From the NCBI GenBank assembly GCA_013239625.1, contig MU054187.1, forward strand, positions 6,893,757-6,957,756: DNA of 64,000 bases, written 5' to 3'. Position numbers and translations under genes: made by a program. The stretch comes from Lama guanicoe. Its lineage: Eukaryota. The notes beneath the pieces were generated by a model that was given only the letters and a program-made list of their open reading frames with translations, was not told the origin of the DNA and ran no database searches. Within the stretch, counting starts at the first letter, position 1; each line of letters begins with the position of its first letter. Of this stretch, positions 48,360 to 61,339 are shown one piece after another.

Positions 48360-50394
48360 AGATGTGAATCTTATCCTCTACATTGTTTCAGAGGTGAGAA
48401 AAGCCAACAGTAGATCTCCAGAGAGCATATCCCATGGCTTGTTTTCTTCTTGGTAAAGAAATGCAGAAAGGAAATGTCATGATAGTCATGGTTGATCTGA
48501 TCATAACAGAATATCATTGAGGGCATCTCTGTCAAATGATTCATGGTTTGTGTTGCTCACCGTCCTCGGGGTTTCTTTTTACAGCAATGATATTACGTAG
48601 AAGTTTAGGCTGTTGACCCCTCCCACTTGGATCTCTTAAGAAGCAGTGGCATCGTGACAAGTGCATGTTGCAAATCACCCGAGCTGCAAGCCTGAACTCT
48701 CGTGGGTTGAACGAGCAGGCAATGAAGAAGTTTTGTTTCCTGATCATGGTTTTGGACTCCTTGGGACCGTTACAAACAAGGCATAGAATTCAACCAGAGC
48801 AAGGGCAGTTGGGGAAATGTGTTCTCTGGTGGTTGATTTACTGTTTCCTTTGAAAACAGCTGTGCTCTTTGGTCACGGATTCTGTGACAATTAAAATGAA
48901 ATATGTGAAAATGTGGGATGACCCCTGGATGAGACTAATACCCTTGGAAACGCTCTGCTGTGAATGCGGCTCCCTCTTCTCATTTGCTGAACTGGTCACG
49001 GGACTCTTGAAAAACCGCCAATGACCGAGAATCCAATTTTTAGTCCACTCATTTTTGATAAGATTTCCCCCCAAAAGGTGTTTGCTAATACCTACCTACA
49101 CTTCAAGGTCCCCAGGTGAGCCTTATCGGGACCAGATAATGCTAATTGCAGAACAGATTGCCTTCAAATGAGGACCCTTTTGGAATTTGTAGCTTAATTT
49201 GGTAAAGGGGTTGGCATACATAATTTGGAAGCTACAGAAAATATAGTTGACTTACCAAAACATAGCACTGTCAGGCACTCTCCTTAGTTGCTTTCTCTCA
49301 AATTGGATATAAACACATCTTAGGTAGGAATCAACTTAGTTTTCAGAAGTTTCACCTTGAAAAATAAGGCAACTTCAAATTCCAAGTTGTTGGGATTGCC
49401 GAATCTTTAAATATAGGTATTGAAAATATTGCCTGATTAATAAAAGAAATACAGCATCTAAAGCTCAAAACTTAATGTCTTAACTTTAGTTTTATAGGAT
49501 TATAAATGTGTAGAACAAAAATAACCAATGCAGAATTGCAAGAGTTGTTACAGTTTTATAGGTTTAATTTCCAAGGGAGTATCTAATAATCTTATCTTTC
49601 TAATTTTATATTTTGAAAGAAAATGTGGTTAGAGCTATCTTTTTAAGAAGTTGCCAGGAGCAGGGAAGTAGAAAATGGAACAGATTTCCTCCTGTCCCTA
49701 ACCAGCCACGGGATCCTGGGCAAGTGACTTTTTCTGTTGAAACTGGAAGAGGACAAGCAGAGTCAGCTACAGGAATACATCCCAGGGGATGGTGTGAAAA
49801 TGCATCGCTGAGGAGTTGTGTATCTGTCCAAATCCACATGCTTAAGTGTGTAATCCAGCAGGAAGGGAGCCAATGCAAGAAGTTATCAGTGCTCTGCCAG
49901 TCCCCATCGGTGGACAGAGGAGGTAGTGCAGCTTGGTGGAGGGCCAGTTCACTTTGTGCTAATACCATGCTGGAAAAGCAGTTTTCTTATGCATAATTGA
50001 GTCTTCCAAGACGATTTACCCAGCACAGGTAGACACTCAACACATACTTGCTGAAATGTAAGTATGCGAGTAGAATGAAGAAAGAATAAGGAATCGAGAG
50101 CCAGCAGGTGTAAGAGATGAGCCTGCCTGTTGCTAACTGACCTGCGCCCTGGGCTGATTCATTCTGAGACTAATAGTCCGGATTTAATTGTTCCACATAT
50201 CAGGAGTTTAAGCACCACTGGATGCTGTAGAAAAGCATCTGCCTCTGTTCTAACTTGCCTAGAGTCACAGCATCCTGCTGTGATTGTGTCCTTGGTGTAG
50301 GCATGTCTAGGGTAAAGTTCATGGGACAGTAGAAGCTACTTATAAATCAAGAAAATCCATTTTTAGATGGACCAACCCTTGCTGTGGGAGGTCT

Positions 50395-50585
50395 CCGTTA
50401 TAGTGGAAAAGAGCGAAATATGGGAGGGAAACATGGTTAAATCTCCAGTTCTAAGCCTCGTTTGCTGTGTGACTTCGGGTCAGTAATGTGAAAAAGTTAT
50501 GAACTGTTTCAAGGACCAGAAGGAGGTACATAAAGGAAATAGCACATTGCCGGGTACAGAATAGTTTCTCCATAAACAGACTATT
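50395..50585 (+). mobile_element. MIR SINE (diverged)
   Basis: tagtggaaaagagc...ggttaaatctccagttct...tttgctgtgtgacttcggg. Confidence 0.5.
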
Positions 50586-51002
50586 CTTTGCATCATATTT
50601 ACCATACATAACACATCATTTACCCTTGATTATACAAAATTTAAAGTAGTTTTTAATCTTTCAAACCTCAGAGTTACAAATCCATTTTTATTGCTGTTTT
50701 AAGGGTTGATAACTGTTTAAAAACAGATATTTTCTATTAAATATGACTTTAAAGTTTCACTGGTTACAGATCATTCAGCAGAAACAGGGTTTTAGGAGAA
50801 AATAAAATTTGAATTAGGGAATTCCGTAATGCATGCAGATGTAATTTTGACAAGAGGGTATAGCAAAAACTGCAACTACCTTAAAAACTCATCTCAGTGC
50901 AGAATACAGTTATTAATTAAGATAAACATGTGCTAATACAGTTGAGAGAGTGCCCACTGACTTCCTTGTTTCTTATTGACAAATGCACTCTGGATGCCAC
51001 TC

Positions 51003-51262
51003 TTTTTTTTTTTAATTGAAGTACAGTCAGTTACAGTGTGTCAATTTCTGGTGCACAGCACAGTGTCCCAGCCATGCATATACATTCATATATTCATTTT
51101 CATATTCATTTTCATTAAAGGTTATTACAAGGCATTGAATATAATTCCCTGGGCTATTCAGAAGAAATTTGTTTTTTATCTGTTTTTATATATAGTGGCT
51201 AACATTTACAGATCTCAAACTCCCAGATTTATCCCTTCCCAGCCCCTTTTCCCTGGCAACCA
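51003..51262 (-). mobile_element. LINE-1 3' UTR fragment, relatively young
   Basis: Poly-T then aattgaagtacagtcagttacagtgtgtcaatttctggtgcacagca...ggttattacaaggcattgaatataattccctg; same terminus type as the element at 19837. Confidence 0.88.
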
Positions 51263-51989
51263 CTCATTTTTAAAGGGCAAGATTGGACTTCCTTTCTAGA
51301 GACAATGGAAGCCCATTCTCTTTCTCTGCACGTCTGCTCAATCCTGCTGAGCATCCTGTAAATCTCCCCAAGGTCTAAGCATCATGGTGTCGCCAGGCCC
51401 TCCTTCTCGGGCTCGTGGGCACAAACTTGTGGTCATGGAAACATAGGCTGGTCTCCACCCACCTTCTCCATCTGGGTTCCCGAAATTCGTGGTCCTTGGA
51501 TATATTATTAGGTTTAAGGACTTTGATTCGCTCTCATCACTGCCTTGGCAAATGGGGAATTTGGCCTCCGAGCCCTGGCTCTCTGTACTCTCTCCTGACT
51601 CATGTCCCAGCCATTTCCCTGGGTTCTAGTGACGGGCGCTGGACAGCGCTCGGAGAAACATGCCAGAACCTAGCCAGGGAAGGGGCCGCCTCCTGACCGA
51701 GCACTCTCAGTGTAGTCACCTTCCTTGGACTATTAATATTGCTGTTGGAGTTTTAGTCTGTAGTCAAATATTTTGATTGAGCTTTCTTTTCATGTTTTAA
51801 TTTTAAACTTGCATTGTTAAAAAATTTAGTTTAGTTTATATCTGCTACTGATTCAGTTCTGCTTGTGCTTTTCCTTCTTATTAAATGTCTTACTATTTTA
51901 AGTGCTGGGGATTTTTTTTATTATTTGCATTACTGAATTTGAGTATTTGGGGAGAGAACTAAATAGTATATTTTTTTTTGTCAAGAAGT

Positions 51990-52280
51990 TCTTTCTGTAA
52001 ATGAGATACAATTGACATATAATATTTCAGTCTCCAGTGGACAATGTCATGATTCAATATATGAATATAATGTGAAAAGTTCACCACAATAAGTCTAGTT
52101 AACCTCCATCACCACACAGGTACCAGTTTTTCTTGTCATGAGAACTTTTAGGTCTAATGTCTTAGCAACTTTCAAATATGCAGTACAGTATTATTAACTG
52201 CAGTCACCATGCTGTATATATTATATCTGCAAGACTTACTTATTTTACAACTGGAAGTTTGTACCTTTTGGCTGCCTTCA
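51990..52280 (-). mobile_element. LINE-1 3' UTR fragment (L1MA9/10-like)
   Basis: tgagatacaattgacatataa...caccacaataagtctagttaacctccatcacc...tcttagcaactttcaaatatgcagtacagtattattaact. Confidence 0.85.
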
Positions 52281-55200
52281 AACTTCTTGAAGGAGTTTTT
52301 GAAATGAGAACTTTTTTACCTTTTGTTGTACATGGCAGTGGGTAATAATTAGGTATCTCCCAATAATTTAGAGTTAAGAATGATAAACCAGCTCAGAAAG
52401 TTGAACTATGAATGCAGAATGCAATAAGAAAGAGCTGAACTGTGGAAATTCTTAATGAGGTAGTTTTTCCCAGCCAGAGAAATACCTGACTGAATATATT
52501 CATAACAAGGGGTGTATCTGTCAATCATCGGAAGGCAGTGTGTAGGGGAGGCGAGGGAGATGGAGAGGAGAGAGGTATTGATCAGCAATAGAACACAGAA
52601 CAAGAAAAGTTAGAGTGTCAAAATTTTGACATTGTTCATTCAGTAACTGAGAGTTTTAGTGGAGTGATAGGTTTGGCCAAAGAGCCAGGTCATAGAATTC
52701 CACGTTCAGAGTGAATGACCACCAAGCAGACAGACACTGCAAACCATCGTACACTAATGCTATTACCCTTTCAAATCATATGACAAACTTGCCTGCTTCT
52801 GATCTCAGCACTCACCAAGAAATATTAACCTGAACATTTGACACCAAATGCAGGCGTGTACTCATCGTGACCTCGTCAGTTCTACACCGGTTTTCTTTCT
52901 CAGTATGCACTGGAAGAGTCAAGTTGCATTCTTTAATTTTTGTGAGCTTGGTAATCTGAATGCCCTCCTGAGACATATGTCACTGCTGTAGCGGGTTTGC
53001 CGTGCTAAGCCTGTGCACCTGGGGGTCCCGTCCTTGTCAATCTGCTGCACCCATGAGACCTGGGTGGAGGGGGGTGCTGAGCAGCTGCTTCTCCTGGGGA
53101 CACACTGACCGCCCGCAAGTGACTCCATACTCTAACCCATCCCTAATTTCACTGTCATGAAAGGAGTAGAAGCCAGTGGAGGACCAAAGAAAGAGCATTC
53201 AAAACACCGATGTTAGGGTTGACAGAAGGAATGATGTGTAGTGACAGAAAATAAAAGCTTAATTGTAGACATATTTTTGCAAAGAAATAAGGTAGTTTGA
53301 ATGAAAGTTTTAAGAATAAAAGTTATACATGAGAATGAAATTCTTCAGGGGATGCAAAATGTCAATATGAATTCAAGGAGACAGAGAAGCTATGTAAGAT
53401 TTCTGACTCTTAAAAACATGATTGTGTCCTTCGAAGTAGATGGTTTTGGATTCACTCTAATATTTAGACTTGAAGGATATAATTAAAAGAGTAATGTAGT
53501 AATTTTTATTTGAAAATGTAACTTAGTACAGTGAAAAGTGCATCTTTTGCAACTGCTTAATCTTTTTAGATGTCAGATACATAGAAATATGCGAGGGCTT
53601 GAAGGAAGAAAAATGTTAGGTTTATATAAGCAAAAAATGTTGCTGATCACAATAGATTCTGGATGTCCATGGATTGAATGAACTGCCCTGCTGGAATCTT
53701 TTTTTATCATCCAGCTATATAGGATCTACTTTAGGGAAGAAAGTGGGGTAAATATACAGGATCCCACCTTCCGCATCCCCTCCCCCACATTACTTTTGCA
53801 CATGCGCTTTAAAAGGCATGCTAGGAGATGGGATATGTTCTGGGTTTATAGTTGCAAAGACTGTGATCTCAAGAAACTGCTAGAAGGAATCTGAAGATTT
53901 AAAGCTGAGTATTCAAGTCTTCTTCTTAATGAGTTGTCATGTTTTTGTGCCTCCAGTTTTCAGGAGGAGAGAATGCTTGATAGTTGGTGTGAGGGAGGGT
54001 AATGAAATGAAGTCTCAGGTGAGTGGTGAGCTCACACACCCTCCCGTTTAAGTTTAAATTAGCTACTACTACCCTCCATCCTGTTACCAACTATGATTTC
54101 AAGCAAAGAAACAAGAACCATTTACTTCTTCTCTGTCTCTCTTCCCAGCTGGTTAATCGACGTGTGGCTTTAATCCATGAAGTTGCTGCAGAACGCTAAT
54201 TTGTGTAAACTCTCTCGAGGCTTTCCGATTATTGCTTAAATGGATAATTGAGACTTTCCTTCAGGAAATCAGTTCTACGGACTAAATGACGTTAACTCAT
54301 TGCTGTAGGTCGTTTAAATAATGAAAGTTGCGTCTTTGAAATAACAATGCTGTTTTTTTTTGCAGAATTTTATTTGGCATTCATTCTGATTTTTCCTCCC
54401 TTTATTCTGAAGGCTGGAGGAAAATGGCAGTGCAGGTATTGATACACACCTGGCATACAAACCCCTCTGTGATGTAAGTCAGAACGTTGCTTTGGATGAG
54501 CAAGTGCTCAGGGCATAAATGTCAGCAATTCTGAAGAAGCTGGTATCAATTATAAGGGACCCAAGAGGAAGAGTAGATATTACTGATAGGAGTAATAGAC
54601 ACAATGGACTGAAGGCATGAAAAGGCTTTTCTGTTCGGGGAAATTTCTACATCATTCACTCACAGGTTCCAAAAAGCATAAAAATCTGTCCTTTCAGAAA
54701 CTGGGTTATAAGAATTCTAGCACCTTTTGAAAAAGGATAGAGATATGAACACAGCTGTTCCCAGTGCTCTAAGCCCACATGCAGACCAGATACCAAGCTA
54801 CTTACGGTTCTGAATTTCCATACTCTTTTGTTCACTTATTTTATTCATTCACAAAATGTTGATTGGGGATACTGTGTACCAAGCCCCGGAGACCCTGCTG
54901 TCAATGAGATAAAGCCTGTCTGTGGCAGGGAGGAGAGCTCAGCAGTGTTTTCAGTTAAGGAGCTCTGCGAAAAAATGTCTGCTTGCGTTTTTATCAGAGT
55001 TGCTTCTGCTAATTGTCCCTTTATGGAAGACTGATTTATAAGCATCCTTTAGTGGGTAAATCCACCTTCTGAAAAACTATCTATCTCTTAGTTTCCTATG
55101 CAGGCACTCAGAATAAGGCTGTGAATTAAGGGAAGATTTAAAATATGCGGCATTTTTAATACAATATTGAGTTAAGTATATAAAGCACAATTGGGTGAAA

Positions 55201-57034
55201 AATTATAAATTTCTAAATTACTAGGCACATTTTAGAAGTCTCACTGTTTAACTGCACCTCGAAAAATGTTCCTACAATGTTAAAGTGTCATTCTGCGGAC
55301 ATAATCTAGAGTCACAGTCTGGCTGTGGTGGCGGTCAGTGCTGCTCAGGTGTGACATTTTCCCAGCCCTTCGGTTGGGTCTTACCGTCCCCATCATGTTG
55401 AGCAAGTGAAAAGGCCTCCTTCTGGCTATCACAAGAGCCCCAAGACTGGTGAAGAAACCAGACTCCTGTCCTTGACCTTAGATTAGTGAGTCCCCAGTAG
55501 ACAGCCTTGACTCTGTTGCTAGGAAGCCACTGTTTCCTTGTGGAAGGGATTCCCTTCCATGGTCATTGCCCGGCCCCGGCTGCAGTGCTGGCCTGCAGCA
55601 CACACGTCTTCCTCGGCAGAAGCAGGACCTAAGCGTCAGCCCCTACCCCTGTCCCCCAACGGATGTTAATTAGAATTTGGAACTTCCTCAGATAGGTGGT
55701 CTTTAGTTAAAAGGAACTCTGTCCATTCAAGATGCTCCAATGATGATTCTGTCTTGCCAAATAACATACTTGCCAATAATCCAAACACTGCTTCCTTTGA
55801 GTAGGCATTTCATCCTGTTTTTAATGCTAGCAAACTCTCATGTGACCAGGATCTGTAGTCATGAACATGGAACCCAAAATTCTCTTGTGAAGAAAAACTT
55901 GTTGTTTCAGGAGGTTGAATCTCAGGAGCTGTAACTCTGAGTGGCAGATGGGATGACTCTCCCAGCTTGCTTGTTTTCTGTAGCTGTGCTCCGCCGGCAG
56001 GACCTTCCTGGGGACAGAAGAGCCTGGTGTTTGGCGGAAATAGATCACAGAGGAATTCTGAACAGGTTTTTGAGACACCGTCATCATACAGGAGACATTT
56101 TTCTTTTCTGACAAGGACAGCAGATAGGTTTTAGCACGTGTTCTCTAAGTAAGAACCCCCACCTCGCTGTGTGTTAGAGTTGTTTAAAAAGAAATGAGGA
56201 AGGAAAATAGGATTGAAAATGGAATTCATAGAAAGCTCCTACACAGTCAATTTTCCAGAGTGCAACTCCAAACACAAATTGTAATGTAAACATAATGGCC
56301 TGAGTAGTGTTATTTCACAGATTTCTGTTCACTTATTTAGAGGACTTTCTGCCCAGGACCCATCTATTCAATGTCTTGACCTCAATTTCCAGGGTAGCCT
56401 CAGGGATCCTTCAGGGTTTGTTGCAAATGTTAGGAGATGAGTGATCTTTACCTTTGCTGAAATCCCCCCATTGTCCGCAATGCTTCAGTTGTGGTTGATT
56501 TAGCGAGAAAAATATTTTTTAAAGATCATTTATCTTGGACAATTGGAATTGCTGCTTCCAGTGCCTGAAATGTAAGTGTATCTGAAAGATGCAGGCGTGG
56601 TTAGCTTCAGAAAGGGCGGGCGTCAGCCACGTGGCCCAGGGCGGCGGTGTGACGGTGTCAGTCTTTGCACTGGCGACTGGTGTCCAAGTTAGGAAAAAAC
56701 ACGAGTCTTCTTACTCAAAATGCAAGTAACTCTGTGAACGAGTGGCAGTCCCGAAAGCAGACTGATAGATCTTCATCAAGCTTCTCTCCGTTTCATGCAA
56801 ACTCAAATTTTGTTTCTGGAGGGTGGGTAGAAATTGATCAGCATTTGTTCTCAGGGTGATTGCTGTGGAATATTTGAAAACGTACCCACACAAAACAAAA
56901 GTTTTCTTGCAAGCCCAGGCTATAGTGGGAAAGCACTTTAAATGGGCATCTGCAAACACTTGCTGAATAAATACCGTGTGAGGAGCCTATTCTAAGTTTT
57001 GAAGGTCATATAAAGATGAGTGAGCAAGTTAGTC

Positions 57035-58125
57035 AAACTGTTAAGAACGTGACACCATAGACGGGGAGAAAATATTTGCAAAAGATATAACCGATAAAGG
57101 GTTGGTGTCCAAAATATACAAAGAACTCCTAAAACTCAACAATAAGGAAACAAACAACCCAATTTAAAGAATGGGTGAAAAATCTGAACAGATACCTCAC
57201 CAAAGATGTTACACCGATGGCCAGTGAACATATGAAAAGATGCTCAGCGTCATAAGTCACCAGGGAATTGTAACTGAAAACTGTATGCCTTTTGGAGTGG
57301 TTAGTACTAAAATCATGGACAACACGGAATGCTGGCGAGGCTGTGAAACAAGCAGTGTCTCTGCTGGTGGGAATGCAAAATGGTGCAGCCACTTTGGAAG
57401 ACAATTTGGTGATTTTTTACAAAACTAAGCATGCTCTTATTGTATGATTTAGCAGTCACGCCCCTTGGTATTTAACAAAATGAGTTTAAAACTTATGCTC
57501 ACTCAAAAACCGGCATGTGAATGTGTGTAGCAGCTTTATTCATAATTACCCAAACTTGGACGTAACCAAGGTGTCCTTTAGTAGGCGAATGGCTAAACAA
57601 ATTGTGGCACATTTGTACAGTGGAATGTTATTCTGCAATAAAAATAAAAGAGCCATCAAGTGGCTAAAAGACATGGAGGGATGTTTAAATACATATTGCT
57701 GAGTGGAAGAAGCCAATTTGAAAAAGGGGACAAACTATGTGATTCCAGCTATACGACTTTCTGGACAAGGCAGAACTATGGACCCAGCAAATAGATCACT
57801 GGGTACCAGAGTCTGAGGGCTAGGTAAGTGGCACACAGGGAATTTTTAAGGCAGTGAGATACTCTGCATGAAACTATAATGCCATTAGACATTTGTCAAA
57901 ACTCAAAGGATGCACAACACCAAGGGTGAACCCTAATGTAAACTATGGACTTCAGTTAACAACAAATGATCACTATAGATACATCAGTTATAGCAAGGGT
58001 ACCATACTAAGGCAAGACGTTAATAATAGGGAAACCTGGGGAGGGTTGCTTAGTGGGTGTATATGGGAACTCTAACTTCTACTCATATACCTGTAAACCT
58101 CCAGTGGCTCCAAAAAATAAAATCC
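57035..58125 (+). mobile_element. LINE-1 3' part (L1MC-like)
   Basis: gagaaaatatttgcaaaag...gaatgcaaaatggtgcagccactttggaagaca...gtgaaccctaatgtaaactatggacttcagtta...aaaaataaaa. Confidence 0.9.
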
Positions 58126-58354
58126 GTTTTAAAGAAGGGGGACCACAAACCTTTATTAAACTGGCTCAGCTGGATTTCTAAATAAAAACCTTTATATTTA
58201 AAGTGTTTACAATCTAAAAAATAAATCAGTAATAAAATTATATTAAAAACTCATTACAGATACATACTACTATATATAAAATAAAGATTTCCATTACCAC
58301 ACAGTTCCCACCTGTTCCTTTTTTCCACTTCTTTCTAGATCTTTCCCCCCCAAG

Positions 58355-60570
58355 ATTTTTATTGGTTTTATCGTTGTAAAATATACATAACATAAAATCT
58401 GTCATCTTAATCATTTCCGTGTGTATCATTCAGTGGTATTAGATACATTTATATTGTTATGTAGCCATCACCACCATCCATCCCCAGAACTCTATCCATA
58501 TTGCTAAATGGAAACTCTATGCATTAAGCAAAACTCCCCATTTCTGCCCCAAAACCATTATCTGGCAACCGCCATTATACTTTTTGTCTCTATAGTTTTG
58601 ACAATTCTAGATATCTCTTGTAAGTGGAATAATATAGTATTTGCCTTTTTGTGACTGGCTTATTTCACTTAGTAAAATGTCCTCAAGGTTCATCCAAGTG
58701 GCATATGTCAGAACTTCCTTTTTAAGGCTGATTAATATTCCAGTATATGTATATGCCACATTTTGCTCATCCATTTATCTGCTGATGGACATTTGGGTTG
58801 CTTCCATGTTTTAGCTTTTGTGAATAGTGCTGCTGTGAAGATAGGTGCACAGAGATCTCATTGAGACCTGGCTTACAATTTTTTTGGATATATATCTAGA
58901 AATGGAATTGCTGGATCCCATGGTAAATCTATTTTTGATTTTTTGAGAAACTGCCATGTTATTTTCCACATCGTGTTAAATTCTCAACAGTCCACAAGTG
59001 TTCCAATTTCTCCACATTCTGGCTGACACCTTTTCTTTCCTTTCCTTTCCTTTCCTTTCCTTTCCTTTCCTTTCCTTTCCTTTCCTTTCCTTTCCTTTCC
59101 TTTNNNNNNNNNNNNNNNNNNNNNNNNNNNNNNNNNNNNNNNNNNNNNNNNNNNNNNNNNNNNNNNNNNNNNNNNNNNNNNNNNNNNNNNNNNNNNNNNN
59201 NNNNNNNNNNNNNNNNNNNNNNNNNNNNNNNNNNNNNNNNNNNNNNNNNNNNNNNNNNNNNNNNNNNNNNNNNNNNNNNNNNNNNNNNNNNNNNNNNNNN
59301 NNNNNNNNNNNNNNNNNNNNNNNNNNNNNNNNNNNNNNNNNNNNNNNNNNNNNNNNNNNNNNNNNNNNNNNNNNNNNNNNNNNNNNNNNNNNNNNTTGGT
59401 AAGGACCTTTCCTTTCCTTTCCTTTCCTTTCCTTTCCTTTCCTTTCCTTTCCTTTCCTTTCCTTTCCTTTCCTTTTCTCTTCTTTTTTCTTTTCTTTTCT
59501 CTTTTCTTTTCTTTTCTTTTTTCTTTTCTTATAGTAGCTATCCTATTGGGTGTGAGGTGATGTCTTGTTGTGGTTTTGAGGTGCATTTCTCTAAGGATTA
59601 GTGACGTTGAGCATCTTTTCATGTTCTTATTGGCCTTTGTATGTCTTCCTAGGATAAATGTGTCTGTTCTAATCCTTTGCTCATTTTTGAATTGGTTGTT
59701 TGATTTTTTTGTTGTTGAATTTTAGGAGTTCTAAGTATGTATTCCAGATACTAATCCTTTATCAGGTATTTGATTTGCAAATATTATCTCCTATTCTGTT
59801 GATAGTGATAGTGTCCTTTGATGCAAAAGTTTTAACTTTTCATGAAGCCTGTTTGTCTGTTTTTATTTTAGTTGCCAGTGCCTTTGGTGTCATATCAAAG
59901 AAATCGTTGCCAAATCCAATATCATAAAGCTTTTGCCGTATGTTTTCTTCTAAGAATTTTGCAGTTTTAGCTCTGATATTAGGTTTTTGATCCATTTTGA
60001 GTTAATTTTTGTATATGGTGTTAGGTGGGGTTCCAATTTCATTCTTTTATATGTGGATATTCAGTTTTCCCAGCACCATTTGTTGAAAAGACTCTTCCCC
60101 TCACTGAGTGGGCATGGTACCCCTGCTGAAAATCATCTGACCATTGATGTGAGGGTTTATTTCTGGACTGTTTATTCTGTCCTATTGTATTGGTTTGTAT
60201 GTCCAGTACAGCTTTGTTTTGATTACTATAGCTTTGTGGTAAGCTTTGAAATCAGGAAATGTGAGTCCTCTAACTCCACTCATTTGCAAGATTGTTTGGC
60301 TATTCAAGATTAGTTCAAACTCCATGTGAATTTTAGTATGGATTTTTCTATTTCTGCAAAAGAATGTTATTGAGATTTTTATTGGGATTGCATTGAATCT
60401 GTAGATTGCTTTGGGTAGTATAGACATTCTAGCAGTGTTAACTCTTCCAATCTATGAACATGGGATGTCTTTCCATTTATTTATGTCTTCTTTGATTTCT
60501 TTTTTTATTTTTTTTAAATTTTTTTTATTCTTTGATTTCTTTCAGCAAGGCTTTATAGTTTTCCTTCTAC
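58355..60570 (-). mobile_element. 5'-truncated LINE-1 (L1MA/L1MB-like)
   Basis: Minus ORFs give MKRCSTSLILREMHLKTTTRHHLTP and MSILPKAIYRFNAIPIKI (ORF2p). 3' UTR lies at about 58355-58700. Confidence 0.93.
59031..59530. repeat. (TTTCC)n/(TTTTC)n pentanucleotide tract containing a 292-N gap (59104-59395)
   Basis: Seen directly; lies inside the L1. Confidence 0.96.
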
Positions 60571-61339
60571 AGCTTTTTAAAAAATGTGTATTATTATAAA
60601 ACAATTACCTTAATCATTAGTTTTTTCTTACTGGTTCAGTCTTTAGCACGTTACCATCATATTACAATGTTGCATTGTGTATTGATTCATCTATTATACC
60701 AGCCTACTTTATTTATTGGCAGGTGGAGAAATGCTAATCAATTGTACCTTTGGGCTAAAAAATTTGCTAGAACAGTTGAATGTCATTTAGTGCAATTCAG
60801 CTGGAAAACAGTGTCAGTAGACCAGTTTATGATTAAAATAATTTAGTTTTTGAATTACTTCTCACAAAGCTCAGCATTGCCTTCTACAGAATTCACAAGT
60901 TTAATGAAAAGTAAAATAGTTTAATATCCTTTGAATTGTTTATGGTTCTCATTTTCTTGCTTAATGAACCTACTATTTCAGACATTGTTTTCCTTTACCT
61001 TTTAATCAGCTTGAATATATCAAAATGCTCATAGTAAGATGAGTCCTATTACAAGCAAAGCATGAGAATCTATGGGTAGCATTATTTCTCCCCCACCCCC
61101 TTTTCAAGATATAAAAAAATGACGTGAATATTATCTCACAGAGCTTTTCTGTCTACTCAGCCTTCTGGGAATAAATAACCGTGTACCGTTAAACCAGTCC
61201 TCATCGTGCCAAGTATCCTAGGCAAAAGAAGACTTTAACTTCCCAGAGATTATGGCATACTTTTTTTTTAATAGAAAAATACATTGAAAAGATAAAAATC
61301 CAGAGTAATTAGCCTAAAACTTTGCTTAAACTCATTACT

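Noticed and set aside
58984..59622. 212-aa KGKER-repeat ORF
   Set aside because: Translation of a (GGAAA)n microsatellite and an N gap inside an L1.
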